From contig CAWILM010000030.1 in NCBI GenBank assembly GCA_963836935.1, positions 20,148 to 84,147 on the forward strand: DNA of 64,000 nucleotides. The letters are read 5' to 3'. How positions within the stretch are numbered: the first letter of the stretch is position 1; the number at the start of each line of letters is the position of its first letter. This document shows positions 18,808 through 29,852 of this stretch, piece after piece. This DNA is from an uncultured Acidimicrobiaceae bacterium (GTDB taxonomy: Bacteria; Actinomycetota; Acidimicrobiia; Acidimicrobiales; Bog-793). The notes beneath the pieces are model-generated. The model saw only the letters and a program-made list of their open reading frames with translations. It made no database searches and was not told the origin of the DNA. Both the position numbers and the translations under genes were made by a program.

Positions 18808-20142
18808 ATGGATGATCCTTCCCGGACGCCCGACTTCAGTTTCGTCCATGCAGCCGACCTGCATCTTGATACGCCTTTCAAAGGCATCGGTTCAACGGCT
18901 CCCCACGTGGCCGCCCAGCTTCGCGAGGCTTCGCTCGCCGCGTTCGACGCCCTCGTCGATCTTTGCCTTCATCGCCACGTTGCCTTCCTGGTGATCGCCG
19001 GAGACATCTACGACGGCCCAGAGCGCGGGCTTCGGGCCCAGCTTCGCTTCCGCGACGGGCTCGCCCGCCTGTCGAGCGCCGGAATCCCCAGCTTTGTCGT
19101 GCACGGCAACCACGACCCTGTCGAAACCGGGTGGTCCGCCCTCAGTGGCGCCTGGCCCGAACACGTCACGGTCTTCGGCACCGGGACGGTGCAGGCGGTA
19201 GCCGTGGAGGTCGACGGCGTCCCAATCGCAACTGTGCAAGGCATCAGCTTCGCCCAGCGCAGTGAATGCGAGAACCTGGCGTTGCGCTTCGCCCGCGCGG
19301 CCGGCCCCGGTCTCCAAGTCGGCGTCCTGCACTGCAACGTGCGAGGGGCCGCCTCCGGCTACGACGACTACAGCCCGTGCACGCTCGAGGACTTGCGGAG
19401 CATCGGCCTCGACTACTGGGCGCTCGGCCACGTGCACACCCGCCTGGTCCTCTCGGGCCGAAGGGGCTGTGACGAGGCCTGGGCTGTCTACCCTGGCAAC
19501 CTCCAGGCCCGCAGCCCCAAGCCGAGCGAACGAGGGCCAAAAGGTGCGGTCGTCGTTCACGTCAGCGCAGGACGGGTCCAAGATGTCGAGCTCGTGGGCT
19601 GCGATGTCGTCCGGTTCGATCTCGTCGAGCTCGACGTGGGCGAGATCGACGATCTCGCCGAGCTGCGCGCCCGACTCGTGAGCACCGCGCGGGATCGGCT
19701 CGCCTGCGCGGACGGGCGCGCCCTTGTGCTCCGCGGGCATCTCGTGGGCCGGTCAGAGCTGCACTTCGACCTCAGGCGCCCGGGAGCACTGGAGGACTTG
19801 CTGTCCGCGTTGCGGGAGGACTTCGAATCGGACCAGCCCTTCTGCTGGTGGGACTCCATCGACGACCAGTCGCGTCCGGCCGTCGACCTCGACGCCACGC
19901 GGGGCGGATCGGACTTCGCCGCCGATCTCATCGCGCTCGCCGACCAGATAAGGCTCAGCGTCGCAAACGACGACGTTGCCGTGGGCAACCTGGCCACAGA
20001 CCTCTCCGATGGGCTCCCCGGACCACTCAGGACCCGGCGCGCCATCGAACAGCTGCTGAAGTCGTCGAGCCTGCCGCCGGCCGAGCTCATAGATCGTGCC
20101 CTCGTGCTCGCGCTCGGTGAGCTCGAGGGCGACAGGCGCTGA
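18808..20142 (+). CDS. SbcD/Mre11-like metallophosphoesterase (DNA repair exonuclease family)
   Basis: Calcineurin-like phosphoesterase motifs in order: HAADLHLD, AGDIYDG, HGNHDP, LGHVH. Start placed at ATG 18808. It is followed 18 nt later by the ATPase partner. Confidence 0.8.
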   Translation: MDDPSRTPDFSFVHAADLHLDTPFKGIGSTAPHVAAQLREASLAAFDALVDLCLHRHVAFLVIAGDIYDGPERGLRAQLRFRDGLARLSSAGIPSFVVHGNHDPVETGWSALSGAWPEHVTVFGTGTVQAVAVEVDGVPIATVQGISFAQRSECENLALRFARAAGPGLQVGVLHCNVRGAASGYDDYSPCTLEDLRSIGLDYWALGHVHTRLVLSGRRGCDEAWAVYPGNLQARSPKPSERGPKGAVVVHVSAGRVQDVELVGCDVVRFDLVELDVGEIDDLAELRARLVSTARDRLACADGRALVLRGHLVGRSELHFDLRRPGALEDLLSALREDFESDQPFCWWDSIDDQSRPAVDLDATRGGSDFAADLIALADQIRLSVANDDVAVGNLATDLSDGLPGPLRTRRAIEQLLKSSSLPPAELIDRALVLALGELEGDRR

Positions 20143-20160
20143 GGCGGGCGGGAACCCCCC

Positions 20161-22989
20161 ATGCGCCTCGTTGGCTTCCACATCGACGGCTTCGGCGCCT
20201 TGTCCGACCTCGGCGTCGACGACCTCTCCCCTGGCCTCGTGATCATCAGCGGGCCTAACGAGGCCGGCAAGTCGACCCTTTTCGACTTCCTCACGGCGAT
20301 GCTGTTCGGCTTCCCCGCCCGGCGCGACAATCCCCGGTTTCGCGCCCCTGTCCGGGGCGGACGCCACGGCGGGCAGCTCACCTTGGCCGAAGGCCGTGGC
20401 AACGGATCGGAGAACGACCTTACGTGGCGAATCGAGCGTTACGCGAGCCCGCACAAGGCCTCGAGCATCCGGCGGAACGACGAAGCCCCCACTAGTGAGG
20501 AGGACCTCCGCAGGGCACTCGGCGGTGCGGACGAGGCACTTTTCCGCGCCGTGTTCGCCGTCGACCTCACCGATCTCGGGAACGCCAACGCCATGAACAG
20601 AGACGATGTTCGGGAGCTGCTCTACTCGGCCAGCATCGTCGGCCAACGCCGGTCCGCGGCCCGCGCCATGGCCAACCTGCAAAAGCAGCGCCTGGAGCTG
20701 GCCCGCCCGCGACAAGACGAGGCGCTGGCGAACCGTCTGCTGGCTGAGCTCGCGCGCGCTCGCCGTGACCTCGCCGAGGCGAGCCACGAAGCCGTCGGCT
20801 ATCCCACGCGACGAGCCGAGCTGGCGCGCCTGGACGGTGAAGTGGCCCAAGCGCGCGAGGCGCTGGACCGGAGCGAGCACCGGACGCGTGACCTCGACCT
20901 CCTGATTCGCCTCTGGGACGTGCTCGAGCGCAAGCGCAAGGCAGAACAGCGCCTCTTGAGTTGGGAGGAACCCGAACCGCTCGCGGCATGGCTCGAGACG
21001 CAGGGCTCAGAGCTGCAGTCCCTGAGATCGGCGTGCTCCGGCCACCTGGAACGCGTGAGCCTGCTCGGCGACCTGCGCAACCAACGAAGCGGGATCGAAC
21101 AATCCATCCGGACGGCGATGGGCTCGCTGGGCCCGGACTGGGACCGTGACCGTGTCTGCACCAGTGAAGGCTGGATCGGGCTCTTGGACGAGGCCCGGCG
21201 CTTCAGAGCCTCGCTCGGGGAACTCGAGACGAGCTGGCGAACGGCCGTCGCGCTCGCCAAGGAGGCCGGCTCCGCGGCGGAGCTCGTCGGCCTCGGCGAC
21301 GAGGACAATGGCGCAACGGCCACGCTCTCACGCGGCGTGCCCGGGCCGGACCCGGAACAACAAGCGAAGTTCGTAGGCGAGCTGCGCAAGAACCTCGCCG
21401 AGCAGCGCCTGTTGTCCGCGCAAAGGCAGGCGAACGGCGCCCGCGCGGGTGCGTCTGCCGGCGCGCTCTGGGCTACGAGCGGTGCTTCGATCGCGCTCGT
21501 GGCCTTCGCCATCGTCGGCCTCGCACTCCTCGCCGCCTTTGCCCCTGGTCACGCGGCCGTGCGCGTCCTGTGCGCCGTGCTCGCCGGCGCGGGGTGCGTG
21601 CTGCTGGCCGAGGCGGTCGCATCACGGCGACGGCTGCGCGTCGCCGCGCCGGCACAAGAGACGGGCCTGAGCCAGGCCAGCGCGCGCGTGAACGCACGCG
21701 TGGCCGAGCTTCGCCGCGTGTCTGGGCCTGCCCAAGATGCCGAGTGACTCCGACGTCGAGACGGCCGCAGAGGCGATCGAAGACGCCCGCGCGCTCGCGT
21801 GGGCGCGCGAGGAAGAGCGCCGCCGAACCACCGCGGCGCGGAGCGTCGCAGGGTGACCCACAAGTCGCTGCAAGAGGCGGCGGACAGCCTCGACGCCGAG
21901 CTTTCGGCGTTCACCGCTTGGAAAGTCGCTCTCGGGCTGGCACCGGTGCTTTCACCCGACGGTGTCCTCGAGAGCGTGGCTGCGCTCCAGACGGCTTGGA
22001 AGGACTTCGCGGCGCTCGGTCGCGTCGACACCAAGATCGACCAGCTGAGTGTGGAGGTCTCCGAATTCGAGGCACGTCTCGGCAAGCTCGCGGCAGGGCT
22101 CGACGAGCTCGGCGGTGACGGTGACTCGCTCGAGACGGATCCGGCACGGGGTCTCGAAGAGCTGCGCACCTCGCTCGCCGAAGTAGTCGAGCTTCGCGCG
22201 GCCGGGGCGTCGCTGCTGCGGGTCGTCGAGGACGCGGACGCGGAGCTGGAGCGCTCGTTCGGCCTCGGCGCCCAAGCGCGCCTTCTGCGCGCGGAGCTCG
22301 AGACCGGGGAGCTGCTCGCCTGGAACCAAGAGCAGGAAAACCTCACCGTTGCGCGGTCCGAGGCCCGCGACCGTCTGGAACGGCTCCTGCGGGCCCACCA
22401 GGACGCCTCGAACGAGCTGCGGGACATCGCCGGGTCGGCCCGAGTGGCCGAGCTCGAACAGACACGACTCGCGCTCGAGCAAGAACTCGACGGCGTGCTC
22501 AGGTCCTGGGCCGTCCTCGGATGTGCGCGGCTGCTCCTCGAACGCACGCTGAAGCGCCACGAGCAGGAGCACCAACCCGCCGTGCTCGCCCGTGCAGGTG
22601 ACCGCTTCGCAAAGGTGACCAAGGGGCGCTACACGCGCCTTCTTCCGTCGCTCGGGGACGAGGGTGGCCACGAGACCATCAGGGTCCTCTCGTCTGCGGG
22701 AACCGAGATCGACGCCGGCGACTTGAGCCGTGGGAGCGTCGAGCAGCTCTATCTCTGTCTGCGACTCGGGCTCGCGGAAACCTTTGCCGAGCGCTCCGAG
22801 CCCCTCCCGCTCATCTTGGACGATGTGCTCGTGAACTTCGACCCCGGGCGCGCGGTGCAGGTCGCGGAGGCGCTCGCGGAGACGGCCGAGCACGCTCAGG
22901 TGCTGTTCATGACCTGCCACCCGCACCTCGAGGAACTTGTCCTCAGCGTCGAGCCGCCCGCCCAGGTCGTACGGCTCGAAAGGATCTGA
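20161..22989 (+). CDS. SbcC/YhaN-like AAA (ABC-type) ATPase with coiled coils and a central TM hairpin, interrupted as assembled
   Basis: N-terminal Walker A (GPNEAGKST), long coiled-coil sequence, and two hydrophobic helices (~21470-21630). The C-terminal head has the signature LSRGSVEQLYL and Walker B PLILDDVLVNFD. An in-frame TGA lies at 21745. Sensible sequence (LGLPKMPSDSDVETAAEAIEDARALAWAREEERR) continues in the +1 frame from ~21720 to ~21852, then returns to the original frame. Confidence 0.75.
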
Positions 22990-23005
22990 GGAGCGGCGAG
23001 CCCGC

Positions 23006-24265
23006 TCAGAAGTGGGTCATGCAGAACGGCGCCCGCCGAACACCGAACATCTCGTCGGCGCGTCGCGCGGCGCCCTCGGTGCACTGACCGATGCGGCCCA
23101 CCTCGGCCATGGCGGCGAAAGGGACACCTCCCAGATACAAGGCCCCTAACGCCTCTACCGACAGCACGAGGTCGGGCGTGGCCTCGACGTGCTCCACGTT
23201 CCCGATGCCTTGGCCGTCGACCGACAGGCGGAAACGACCCTCGTTCCAGGGGCAGAACGCGTCCTCCACCTCCATGACGAGGGCATCTCCCCCTTCGTAG
23301 CGACGCCGGGCGAGGGCACCCGCGACGTCCACCAGGCGGACCCAGGTGCGGTCACCCCAGCTCACCGTGCGAAGGCGTCGTTGGTCCTCGAGCAGGTACC
23401 GCAAGGGCTCGTCGACCGGCCGGCTGGTGGTGCGCAGCTGCTCGGTCAGGTCGATGCCGAGCAGGTAGCGCCACAACGACTTGTAGCTCTCGTCGCTCAA
23501 CGAGCACAGTTCCTCCACGAACACCGCCCGGCGCCAGTGGTCGGCGGGGTCGATCGGGCCGACCCGGTACATGGCATAGCCGTCGATGCGGCCGGCCTGT
23601 TCATAACAGGCGTAGAAACGGTGCCTCGCTTCCTCGCTTGCGGCGTTCGGCCTCCCCAGCAGCTCGGCCCACTCCCCGTGCCCGCGGTCGAGCTCGCCGA
23701 CTCTTGTCGGCACATAGGCGCGGTGCACGACGGGGAACGCCTCTGCCGCCTGAGCCGGCTCGAGGAGCCGGACCGAGCCGGGACCGTCACCCGGGCTCGA
23801 GGCGCACGGTATTGCGACCCGTGTCATCGTGCCGGCGCCCCGCTTGTCGACCTCGTAGCGTGCCCCGTAGGTCGCTGGGCCGTAGCCGTAGCGCCCATAG
23901 ATGCCACCTTCGCTGGCGTAGAGCACCGCGAGGATCTCATGCGCCGAACGCAGGTCGTCGAGCTGGCGCCTCATCATCGAGTTGAGCAGCCCGCGCCGGC
24001 GGTGAGTCGGGGCCACCGAGACGTCGGTGACGGCCGTGACCTCGCAGCGGACCAGTCCCGGCAGTGTCATGGGGACAAGGTACGAACTGGTCGTGGCGAC
24101 GAGGTCCCCCCCGTCGAAGACCGCCAGCGTCCGATCGAGCTGCAACTCCTCCGCGAGGCTCTTGAGCTTGTCCGGCGTGTAGCGACCCCCGAACGCGGAC
24201 GCCTGACAAGAGGCAAAGGCGTAAACCTCGTGGGCGTCAATTGGTCGAAGCTCAAAGTCCGTCAT
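23006..24265 (-). CDS. Eis-like GNAT N-acetyltransferase (GNAT plus SCP2-like C-terminal domain)
   Basis: 419-aa ORF with the GNAT acetyl-CoA motif (PTHRRRGLLNSMM) and overall length and layout of the Eis/UPF0256 family. Located directly downstream of ispG. Confidence 0.75.
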   Translation of the reverse strand: MTDFELRPIDAHEVYAFASCQASAFGGRYTPDKLKSLAEELQLDRTLAVFDGGDLVATTSSYLVPMTLPGLVRCEVTAVTDVSVAPTHRRRGLLNSMMRRQLDDLRSAHEILAVLYASEGGIYGRYGYGPATYGARYEVDKRGAGTMTRVAIPCASSPGDGPGSVRLLEPAQAAEAFPVVHRAYVPTRVGELDRGHGEWAELLGRPNAASEEARHRFYACYEQAGRIDGYAMYRVGPIDPADHWRRAVFVEELCSLSDESYKSLWRYLLGIDLTEQLRTTSRPVDEPLRYLLEDQRRLRTVSWGDRTWVRLVDVAGALARRRYEGGDALVMEVEDAFCPWNEGRFRLSVDGQGIGNVEHVEATPDLVLSVEALGALYLGGVPFAAMAEVGRIGQCTEGAARRADEMFGVRRAPFCMTHF

Positions 24266-24305
24266 TGTGGGAGGTCTCCCGCCTTGGACGCAAAGCGCGC
24301 GCCGG

Positions 24306-25562
24306 TCAACCGCCGAGGGGGTGGGGTTCCTGTTCCTGGGCGATCGTCTTTCGGATCATCTGAATCCGTTCGGCGGCGTGGTTGACATCGCTGCCCTTGG
24401 CTTCGAACAGGGCCCTGCGGTCCTCCTCGGCTTCCGACTCGGCGCTCGCGTCCGCGGCCGCCAGGCGAGCCTCGATGCCTTCTGTCACAAGCTTCTCCGC
24501 CTCGGCGACGAGCGCCTCGACCATCTCGTCCTCGGGCACGACCCGCACGATCTTGCCCTTGATGAAAAGGTGCCCCTTGTGGCGTCCCGCCGCGATTCCG
24601 AGATCGGCCTCGCGGGCCTCCCCCGGCCCGTTGACGACACAGCCCATCACAGCCACCTGCAGCGGCAGCGAACGTGACTCCAAGGCCTCTTGGGCCTGGC
24701 GTGCGATCTCGATCACGTCGATCTCAGCGCGGCCGCACGATGGGCACACGATGAGGTCAAGGCCCTTGCGTTCCCGCAGCCCGAGGGCTTCGAGCAACTG
24801 GCGACCGGCTCGCGCTTCTTGAACCGGGTCGGCCGTCAACGAGTAGCGGATCGTGTCCCCTATGCCCTCGGCGAGCAGGGTCGCGATCCCGGCCGTGCCC
24901 TTGATGAGACCGGCAGGAGGAGGACCGGCCTCAGTCACGCCCAAGTGAAGCGGATGATCGAAGGTCTCCGATGCCAGCCGGTAGGCCTCGATCATGAGCG
25001 GGACGTTGGAGGCCTTCACCGAGATCTTCACGTCTTCGAAACCGACTTCTTCGAAGTAGGCGAGCTCCATGCGTGCGGACTCGACGAGCGCCTCCGGCGT
25101 GGCACCGCCGTACTTCTTGTACAAGCTGGGATGCAGCGAACCGGCGTTCACGCCGATGCGGATCGGGACGGAGCGGTCGCGCGCCTCAGAGGCGACAAGC
25201 TTGATCTCCTCCGGCTTGCGAAGATTGCCCGGGTTCAGCCGCAGGCCGTGCACCCCGGCCTCGAGGGCCGCGAGGGCCATCTCGTAGTGGAAGTGCACGT
25301 CGGCCACGATCGGCACGGGCGAGCGTGGGACAATGACCGCCAAGCCCTCCGCCGCCTCCTGCTCATTGCACGTGCAACGCACGATGTCGGCCCCAGCGGC
25401 GGCAAGCGCGTACACCTGGGCGAGGGTGCCTTCGGCATCCGCCGTCTTCGTCACCGTCATCGACTGCACCGACACGGGCGCGTCCCCCCCGACGGCGACC
25501 TTTCCTACCTTTATCTGGCGGGTCTTGCGCCGTTCGGCCAACGTCGTGCCTGTTCTGGCCAT
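24306..25562 (-). CDS. ispG: 4-hydroxy-3-methylbut-2-en-1-yl diphosphate synthase
   Basis: Strong IspG/GcpE sequence (VGGDAPVSVQSMT, RINPGN-like LRLNPGNL, CPSCGR, MGCVVNGPGE). Start placed at ATG 25562. Confidence 0.92.
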   Translation of the reverse strand: MARTGTTLAERRKTRQIKVGKVAVGGDAPVSVQSMTVTKTADAEGTLAQVYALAAAGADIVRCTCNEQEAAEGLAVIVPRSPVPIVADVHFHYEMALAALEAGVHGLRLNPGNLRKPEEIKLVASEARDRSVPIRIGVNAGSLHPSLYKKYGGATPEALVESARMELAYFEEVGFEDVKISVKASNVPLMIEAYRLASETFDHPLHLGVTEAGPPPAGLIKGTAGIATLLAEGIGDTIRYSLTADPVQEARAGRQLLEALGLRERKGLDLIVCPSCGRAEIDVIEIARQAQEALESRSLPLQVAVMGCVVNGPGEAREADLGIAAGRHKGHLFIKGKIVRVVPEDEMVEALVAEAEKLVTEGIEARLAAADASAESEAEEDRRALFEAKGSDVNHAAERIQMIRKTIAQEQEPHPLGG

Positions 25563-25653
25563 CGAGGGCCAGCTTAGCGGGGCTGGCGCTGCGGCCCCTG
25601 TGGCCACGCAGGACCTGCTCATCCCACCTGGCAGGTCGTTCCGGCCGCCGCCG

Positions 25654-26980
25654 TCAGCCCCCGGGGAGATGGGCGGGGTTGACGACGTTCATGTAGAGGG
25701 CCCCGAGTCCGACGAGCACCACGAAGAGCAGGAAGACGTAAGCGACCGGCATGAGCTTGGCGACGTCCGCGTGATAGCTGCGCCCTTTGCGCGAGCGCAG
25801 CCGCTCGTAGATCGCGATCGCGACATGGCCTCCGTCGAGCGGCAGCATCGGGAACAGGTTGACGATGCCGACGAACAGGTTGATCGCGGCGAGCAGCACC
25901 AACAACTCCGCCACGTCCTGGCGGGCCGCCTGGGCACCTATCTGGACGGCCCCGACGATGGACAGGATCGTGCCTCCGCCTGATCCGTTCCCGGACGTTC
26001 CCGAGGTCCCCGAGGCCTGGCTGTTGCCGGCTGCGGCGACCTGGTGAGCAAAGTTGCTCAGCCCGTGGAGCGAGAAGACCTGAGCCAGCCCGCTGAAGGT
26101 CTGGCCGAACAGGGAACCGAACTCCCTGCCGGCGTGGCCGATAGCGGTGAACGGCCCGACCGACACGTTCCTCACATTGGTGAGCTCGACGCCGACGACG
26201 CCTTTCGCCGGGCCTGCGGGGTTCGCGGCCCGGACACGCTCGCCGCCGATCTCCTCGACGACATGACGGCCGTCGACGGGTGTGACCCGGAGGGTCAGGT
26301 CGTGGCCGTTGCGCTCCACGACGAAGCTGAGCGCGTCGGCCGGGGTGCTTGTTCACGAGGGTGATGAGCGAGTTCAGGTCGGTGACCTTGCGCCCGTCGA
26401 CGGCCACGATCACGTCGCCGGGCTTGAGGCCCGCACGCTGGGCCGGGCTCAGGCCCGTCGAGAATTGCCCGAGGCTCGAGATCGTCGGCGATGTCAAAGT
26501 CGGCGCCCCGGAAAAGGCGTAAAGCGAGAACAGCAGCACGAAAGCGATGATCATGTGCATGCCCGACCCGGCGAATGCGACCAGCAGCCGCCGCGGGAAC
26601 GACGCCTGGCGGTAGCTGCGCGCCTCATCGGATGGATCGACCTGCTCGAGCATGGTCATGCCCACGATGCGGACGTAGCCGCCTGCCGGGATCGCCTTGA
26701 CGCCGTACTCGGTCTCTCCCCGGCGTATCGACCAGAGCCTCGGACCGAAGCCGAGGAAGTACTCGGTGACCTTCATCCCGCTCCACTTGGCGGTGGCGAA
26801 ATGGCCGAGCTCGTGGAGCATGATCATGGCGACGAGGGCGAGCACAACGACCAGGACGGGCAACGCGCCGAGCGCGATCGAGGCGGCAACGCCGGCGGCG
26901 ACGACGACCGCCAGCCGCAGCAACGGCCCGATCCCGGCCGCCCACGAACCGGGCAAACCAGCGCCTTTGGCGTCGTCCAT
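25654..26980 (-). CDS. rseP: site-2 (M50) RIP metalloprotease RseP/Rip1, one frame disruption as assembled
   Basis: HELGH zinc motif, a PDZ-like middle (GLKPGDVIVAVDG) and a C-terminal NLFPMLPLDGGH. The N- and C-halves are in different frames and join at the G4 run 26342-26345 (...LVNKHP|ADALSFVVERNGHDL...). Confidence 0.82.
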
Positions 26981-27017
26981 CAGGACAAGTCTCCCGCTTC
27001 CTAGCCCTGTTTCCTCG

Positions 27018-28234
27018 TCACGCCATGTGCTCGCGTGCGACGACCGCACACGTCGCTCGCACCCACACGTGCGCGTCCGCCTCCAAGACGTCCTCCACCC
27101 GCACGAGGTCGCTGGGCTCGTGCGCCTCGAGCGTCTCGGCTACGACCGCGGCGATGGCAGTCCAGGGGATGCGACCGGACAGGAAGGCCGCCACGGCCAC
27201 CTCATTGGCTGCATTCAGCCACGCCGGAGCGCTGCCGCCCACCCGGCCTGCCTCGTAGGCGAGCCGTAGACAGGGAAAAGTCTTGAGGTCCGGGGGCTCG
27301 AAGTCGAGATGGACCGGTGCGCTGAAGTCGAGTGAACCGTAGGGGTGGGCGAGGCGGTCCGGAAAGCCCAGGGCGTAGCCGATCGGGAGGCGCATGTCAG
27401 GAACCGACAGCTGGGCGATCGTCGTCCCGTCGCAGAACTCCACCATGGAATGCACGATCGACTGCGGGTGGACCACAACCTCGATGCGGTCGTAGTCGAC
27501 GCCGAACAGCTCCCGGGCCTCGATGACCTCGAGGCCCTTGTTCATCAGCGTCGAGGAGTCGATCGTGATCTTCGGCCCCATCTGCCAGGTCGGATGGGCA
27601 AGGGCATCGGGTACGGTCACCGATGCGAGATCCTCCGCCGTCCTACCCCGGAATGGTCCTCCGCTCGCTGTGATCACGAGCCGCGCCACTGCCTCCGGAC
27701 GCCCGCATGCAAGGCACTGGTGGATGGCACCGTGCTCGGAGTCGACCGGGACAGCTCGGCCCCGACGACAGAACGGGCGCGCTGCACCACGGGCGCTCCG
27801 GCCACGAGCGACTCCTTGTTGGCGAGAGCGAGCCGACGACCCGCCCGCAGCGCCGCGACGGTCACGCCGAGGCCGGCAAACCCGACGACGGCGTTGAGCA
27901 CCACGTCCGCGGTCTCCACGAGCGACGACAGCGCGCCGGGACCGGCGCGCAGCTCGATGCCGGTGGGCAGCAGGTCTGCGAGCTTTCGTTCGTAGGCGCT
28001 GTCGGCTATCGCGACGACCCGGGGGTGGAACTCCTCTGCCTGGGCGGCAAGGAGCTCGACCGACCTCGACGCCCCGAGGGCGCTGACAACGAAACGGTCC
28101 CGCGCCGACCGGAGGACGTCGAGCGTCTGGGTACCGATCGAACCGGTCGAACCGGCGACCGCCACGCGTCTTGGCGAGTCGCCCCCGGCCGAGGTGGTCC
28201 GGACCGGCACCGGCTGGTCCATCGTCACCGTCAT
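27018..28234 (-). CDS. dxr: 1-deoxy-D-xylulose 5-phosphate reductoisomerase, one frame disruption as assembled
   Basis: GSTGSIG NADPH motif, LANKESLV, then ...GAEL|VPVDSEHGAIHQCL... requires a 1-nt correction near 27752. The C-terminal half (ITASGGPFRG..., HPTWQMGPKITIDS) is in the 27018..27689 frame. The start overlaps the cdsA stop (TGATG). Confidence 0.88.
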
Positions 28235-29796
28235 CACACGTGCGCCAGGCGAACGAAGTAGTAGGCCGCCGGGAGAACGAACAGCAGGGCGTCGATCCGG
28301 TCCAGCATCCCGCCGTGGCCGGGCAGCAGCGACCCCATGTCCTTCACACCGAGGTCGCGCTTGATCATGGACTCGACAAGGTCGCCGCACGGCGCCACCA
28401 CCGCGACGATGAGGCCCAGCTCGAGAGCCGTTGTGAGATGCCAGGGGTGGATCTGGCTGGTGATGCCCGCCGAGGCCGCGATCGCCACCACACAACCGGC
28501 CACGAGGCCCTCCCAGGTCTTGTTCGGGCTGATCGTAGGGGCGAGGCTGTGCCTCCCGAAGCGGCTGCCGATCACGTAGCCGCCTATGTCGTAGCCGACG
28601 GCGGCGATGATCGCTCCCAGCATGAACGCGATCCCGTGACGGTCAGGGAAGACCTTCGGGTCGACGAGGAGCCCGGCGAACGCGGCCAGCACTCCCGTCC
28701 AGCCGAAGGCGAAGACGGTGACCGAGAGATTCGTGAGCGGAGAGCGGCGCGTGATCCCCGCGAGATACCAGAGCGTCGAGGCAATGAGGAAGCTCGCGAA
28801 GGCGAACGGGATTGCCTCCGGCCCCTTGAAGTAGGCCGCGACGATCACTGCCGGCACGGCCACCACGCCCAAGAGGGTCGCGGGCCTGTAACCGGCGAGC
28901 CGCAATGAGTTGAAGAGCTCTGCTGCCGCAAGCGTCACGGCCACGACCACGAGGGCGAGCACTGCGGGCGGCCCGGCAAGAAAGCACAGCAGCAGGACAG
29001 CGGCCAGCACGACGCCCGTGATGGTGGCGACCACCGGATTGCGGGAAGGGGCTTCGGTGCCCTTCCTCGCGACGGCGCCCGACCGCTGAACCCGCCGGCG
29101 AACCCGGCGTGCGACATGGCGCCGGCGCCGGATAGGCGCGACAGGCGCCTCTTCGAAGTCCTCGTCGGCGCCCGGGCTCGCCTCCCCGGCGTCCGGGCCG
29201 TCCCGCGCGTCCGGCAGATCGACGAAAGGCGCCGGCGCTTCGGCCTCCGGCGAGGAGTCCCCGGGACGCGGTGGCGGCGCGGCCGTGTCGGGGGCCTCGT
29301 TCCGCGCGACCCAGGAGGCCTCGCCGCCGTCGTCGAGAAAGTCGTACGCGAACGGGTCGTCGGAGGAGGACTCCTCCGAGGCCGTGACCCTGAGGCCGGC
29401 CTTGGCCAGGTCGGCAAGGACGGCGTCGCTGTCGCTCCAGTCCTCTTCGCGTTCGCGCCACACGGGCCCCCCGGGCGGGGTTGGGAGCGGGCCACCCCGC
29501 TCGATCGCCGCCTCCTGCTCGAGGTCGCGCAGTACGCGGGGAAGCTGCAACGTGGGCGGGTCCGTCCAGTCGGGCAGCTCGTAGGAGGTGAGCATCTCGG
29601 CCACCGACGGCGGAGCGAGGGCCTGCGGAGCTTGGTCGCCTCCCGCTGGGACCACGTCCGCGACCGGCTCGGCAGGACGGGCCGCTGCCTCGGGCGAAGG
29701 TACCAACCCAGCCGCCACTCCGGCCTCCACGCCGGCAATCCGGGCCCGTTCGGTAACCGGCTCGCCGGTCCCCGCAGGCTCTTGTCCGTCCTCCAC
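28234..29796 (-). CDS. cdsA: phosphatidate cytidylyltransferase with ~230-aa acidic/Pro-rich N-terminal extension
   Basis: The C-terminal ~280 aa form a multi-TM CdsA core with GDLVESMIKRDLGVKDMGSLLPGHGGMLDRID. The N-terminal region is low-complexity apart from the island YELPDWTDPPTLQLPRVL. The start within the extension is uncertain. Confidence 0.8.
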   Translation of the reverse strand: MEDGQEPAGTGEPVTERARIAGVEAGVAAGLVPSPEAAARPAEPVADVVPAGGDQAPQALAPPSVAEMLTSYELPDWTDPPTLQLPRVLRDLEQEAAIERGGPLPTPPGGPVWREREEDWSDSDAVLADLAKAGLRVTASEESSSDDPFAYDFLDDGGEASWVARNEAPDTAAPPPRPGDSSPEAEAPAPFVDLPDARDGPDAGEASPGADEDFEEAPVAPIRRRRHVARRVRRRVQRSGAVARKGTEAPSRNPVVATITGVVLAAVLLLCFLAGPPAVLALVVVAVTLAAAELFNSLRLAGYRPATLLGVVAVPAVIVAAYFKGPEAIPFAFASFLIASTLWYLAGITRRSPLTNLSVTVFAFGWTGVLAAFAGLLVDPKVFPDRHGIAFMLGAIIAAVGYDIGGYVIGSRFGRHSLAPTISPNKTWEGLVAGCVVAIAASAGITSQIHPWHLTTALELGLIVAVVAPCGDLVESMIKRDLGVKDMGSLLPGHGGMLDRIDALLFVLPAAYYFVRLAHV

Positions 29797-29852
29797 AGTT
29801 CCTCCCTCGCGGGCTCCTTCGCTGTCGCCGGCACCGTTGTGGCGTCACGGCA

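Noticed and set aside
21745-21747. In-frame TGA inside the SbcC-like ATPase, considered as a possible selenocysteine or programmed readthrough site
   Set aside because: A sensible protein sequence continues in the +1 frame from ~21720 and returns at a G-run near 21852. Two indels explain it better than recoding, and I saw no SECIS-like context.
18808-22989. SbcD-like/ATPase pair, considered as a dedicated anti-phage defence island
   Set aside because: The flanks are housekeeping genes and there is no compositional shift. From memory, the pair is vertically conserved in Actinomycetota. I kept it as a finding of unknown function rather than calling it a defence system.
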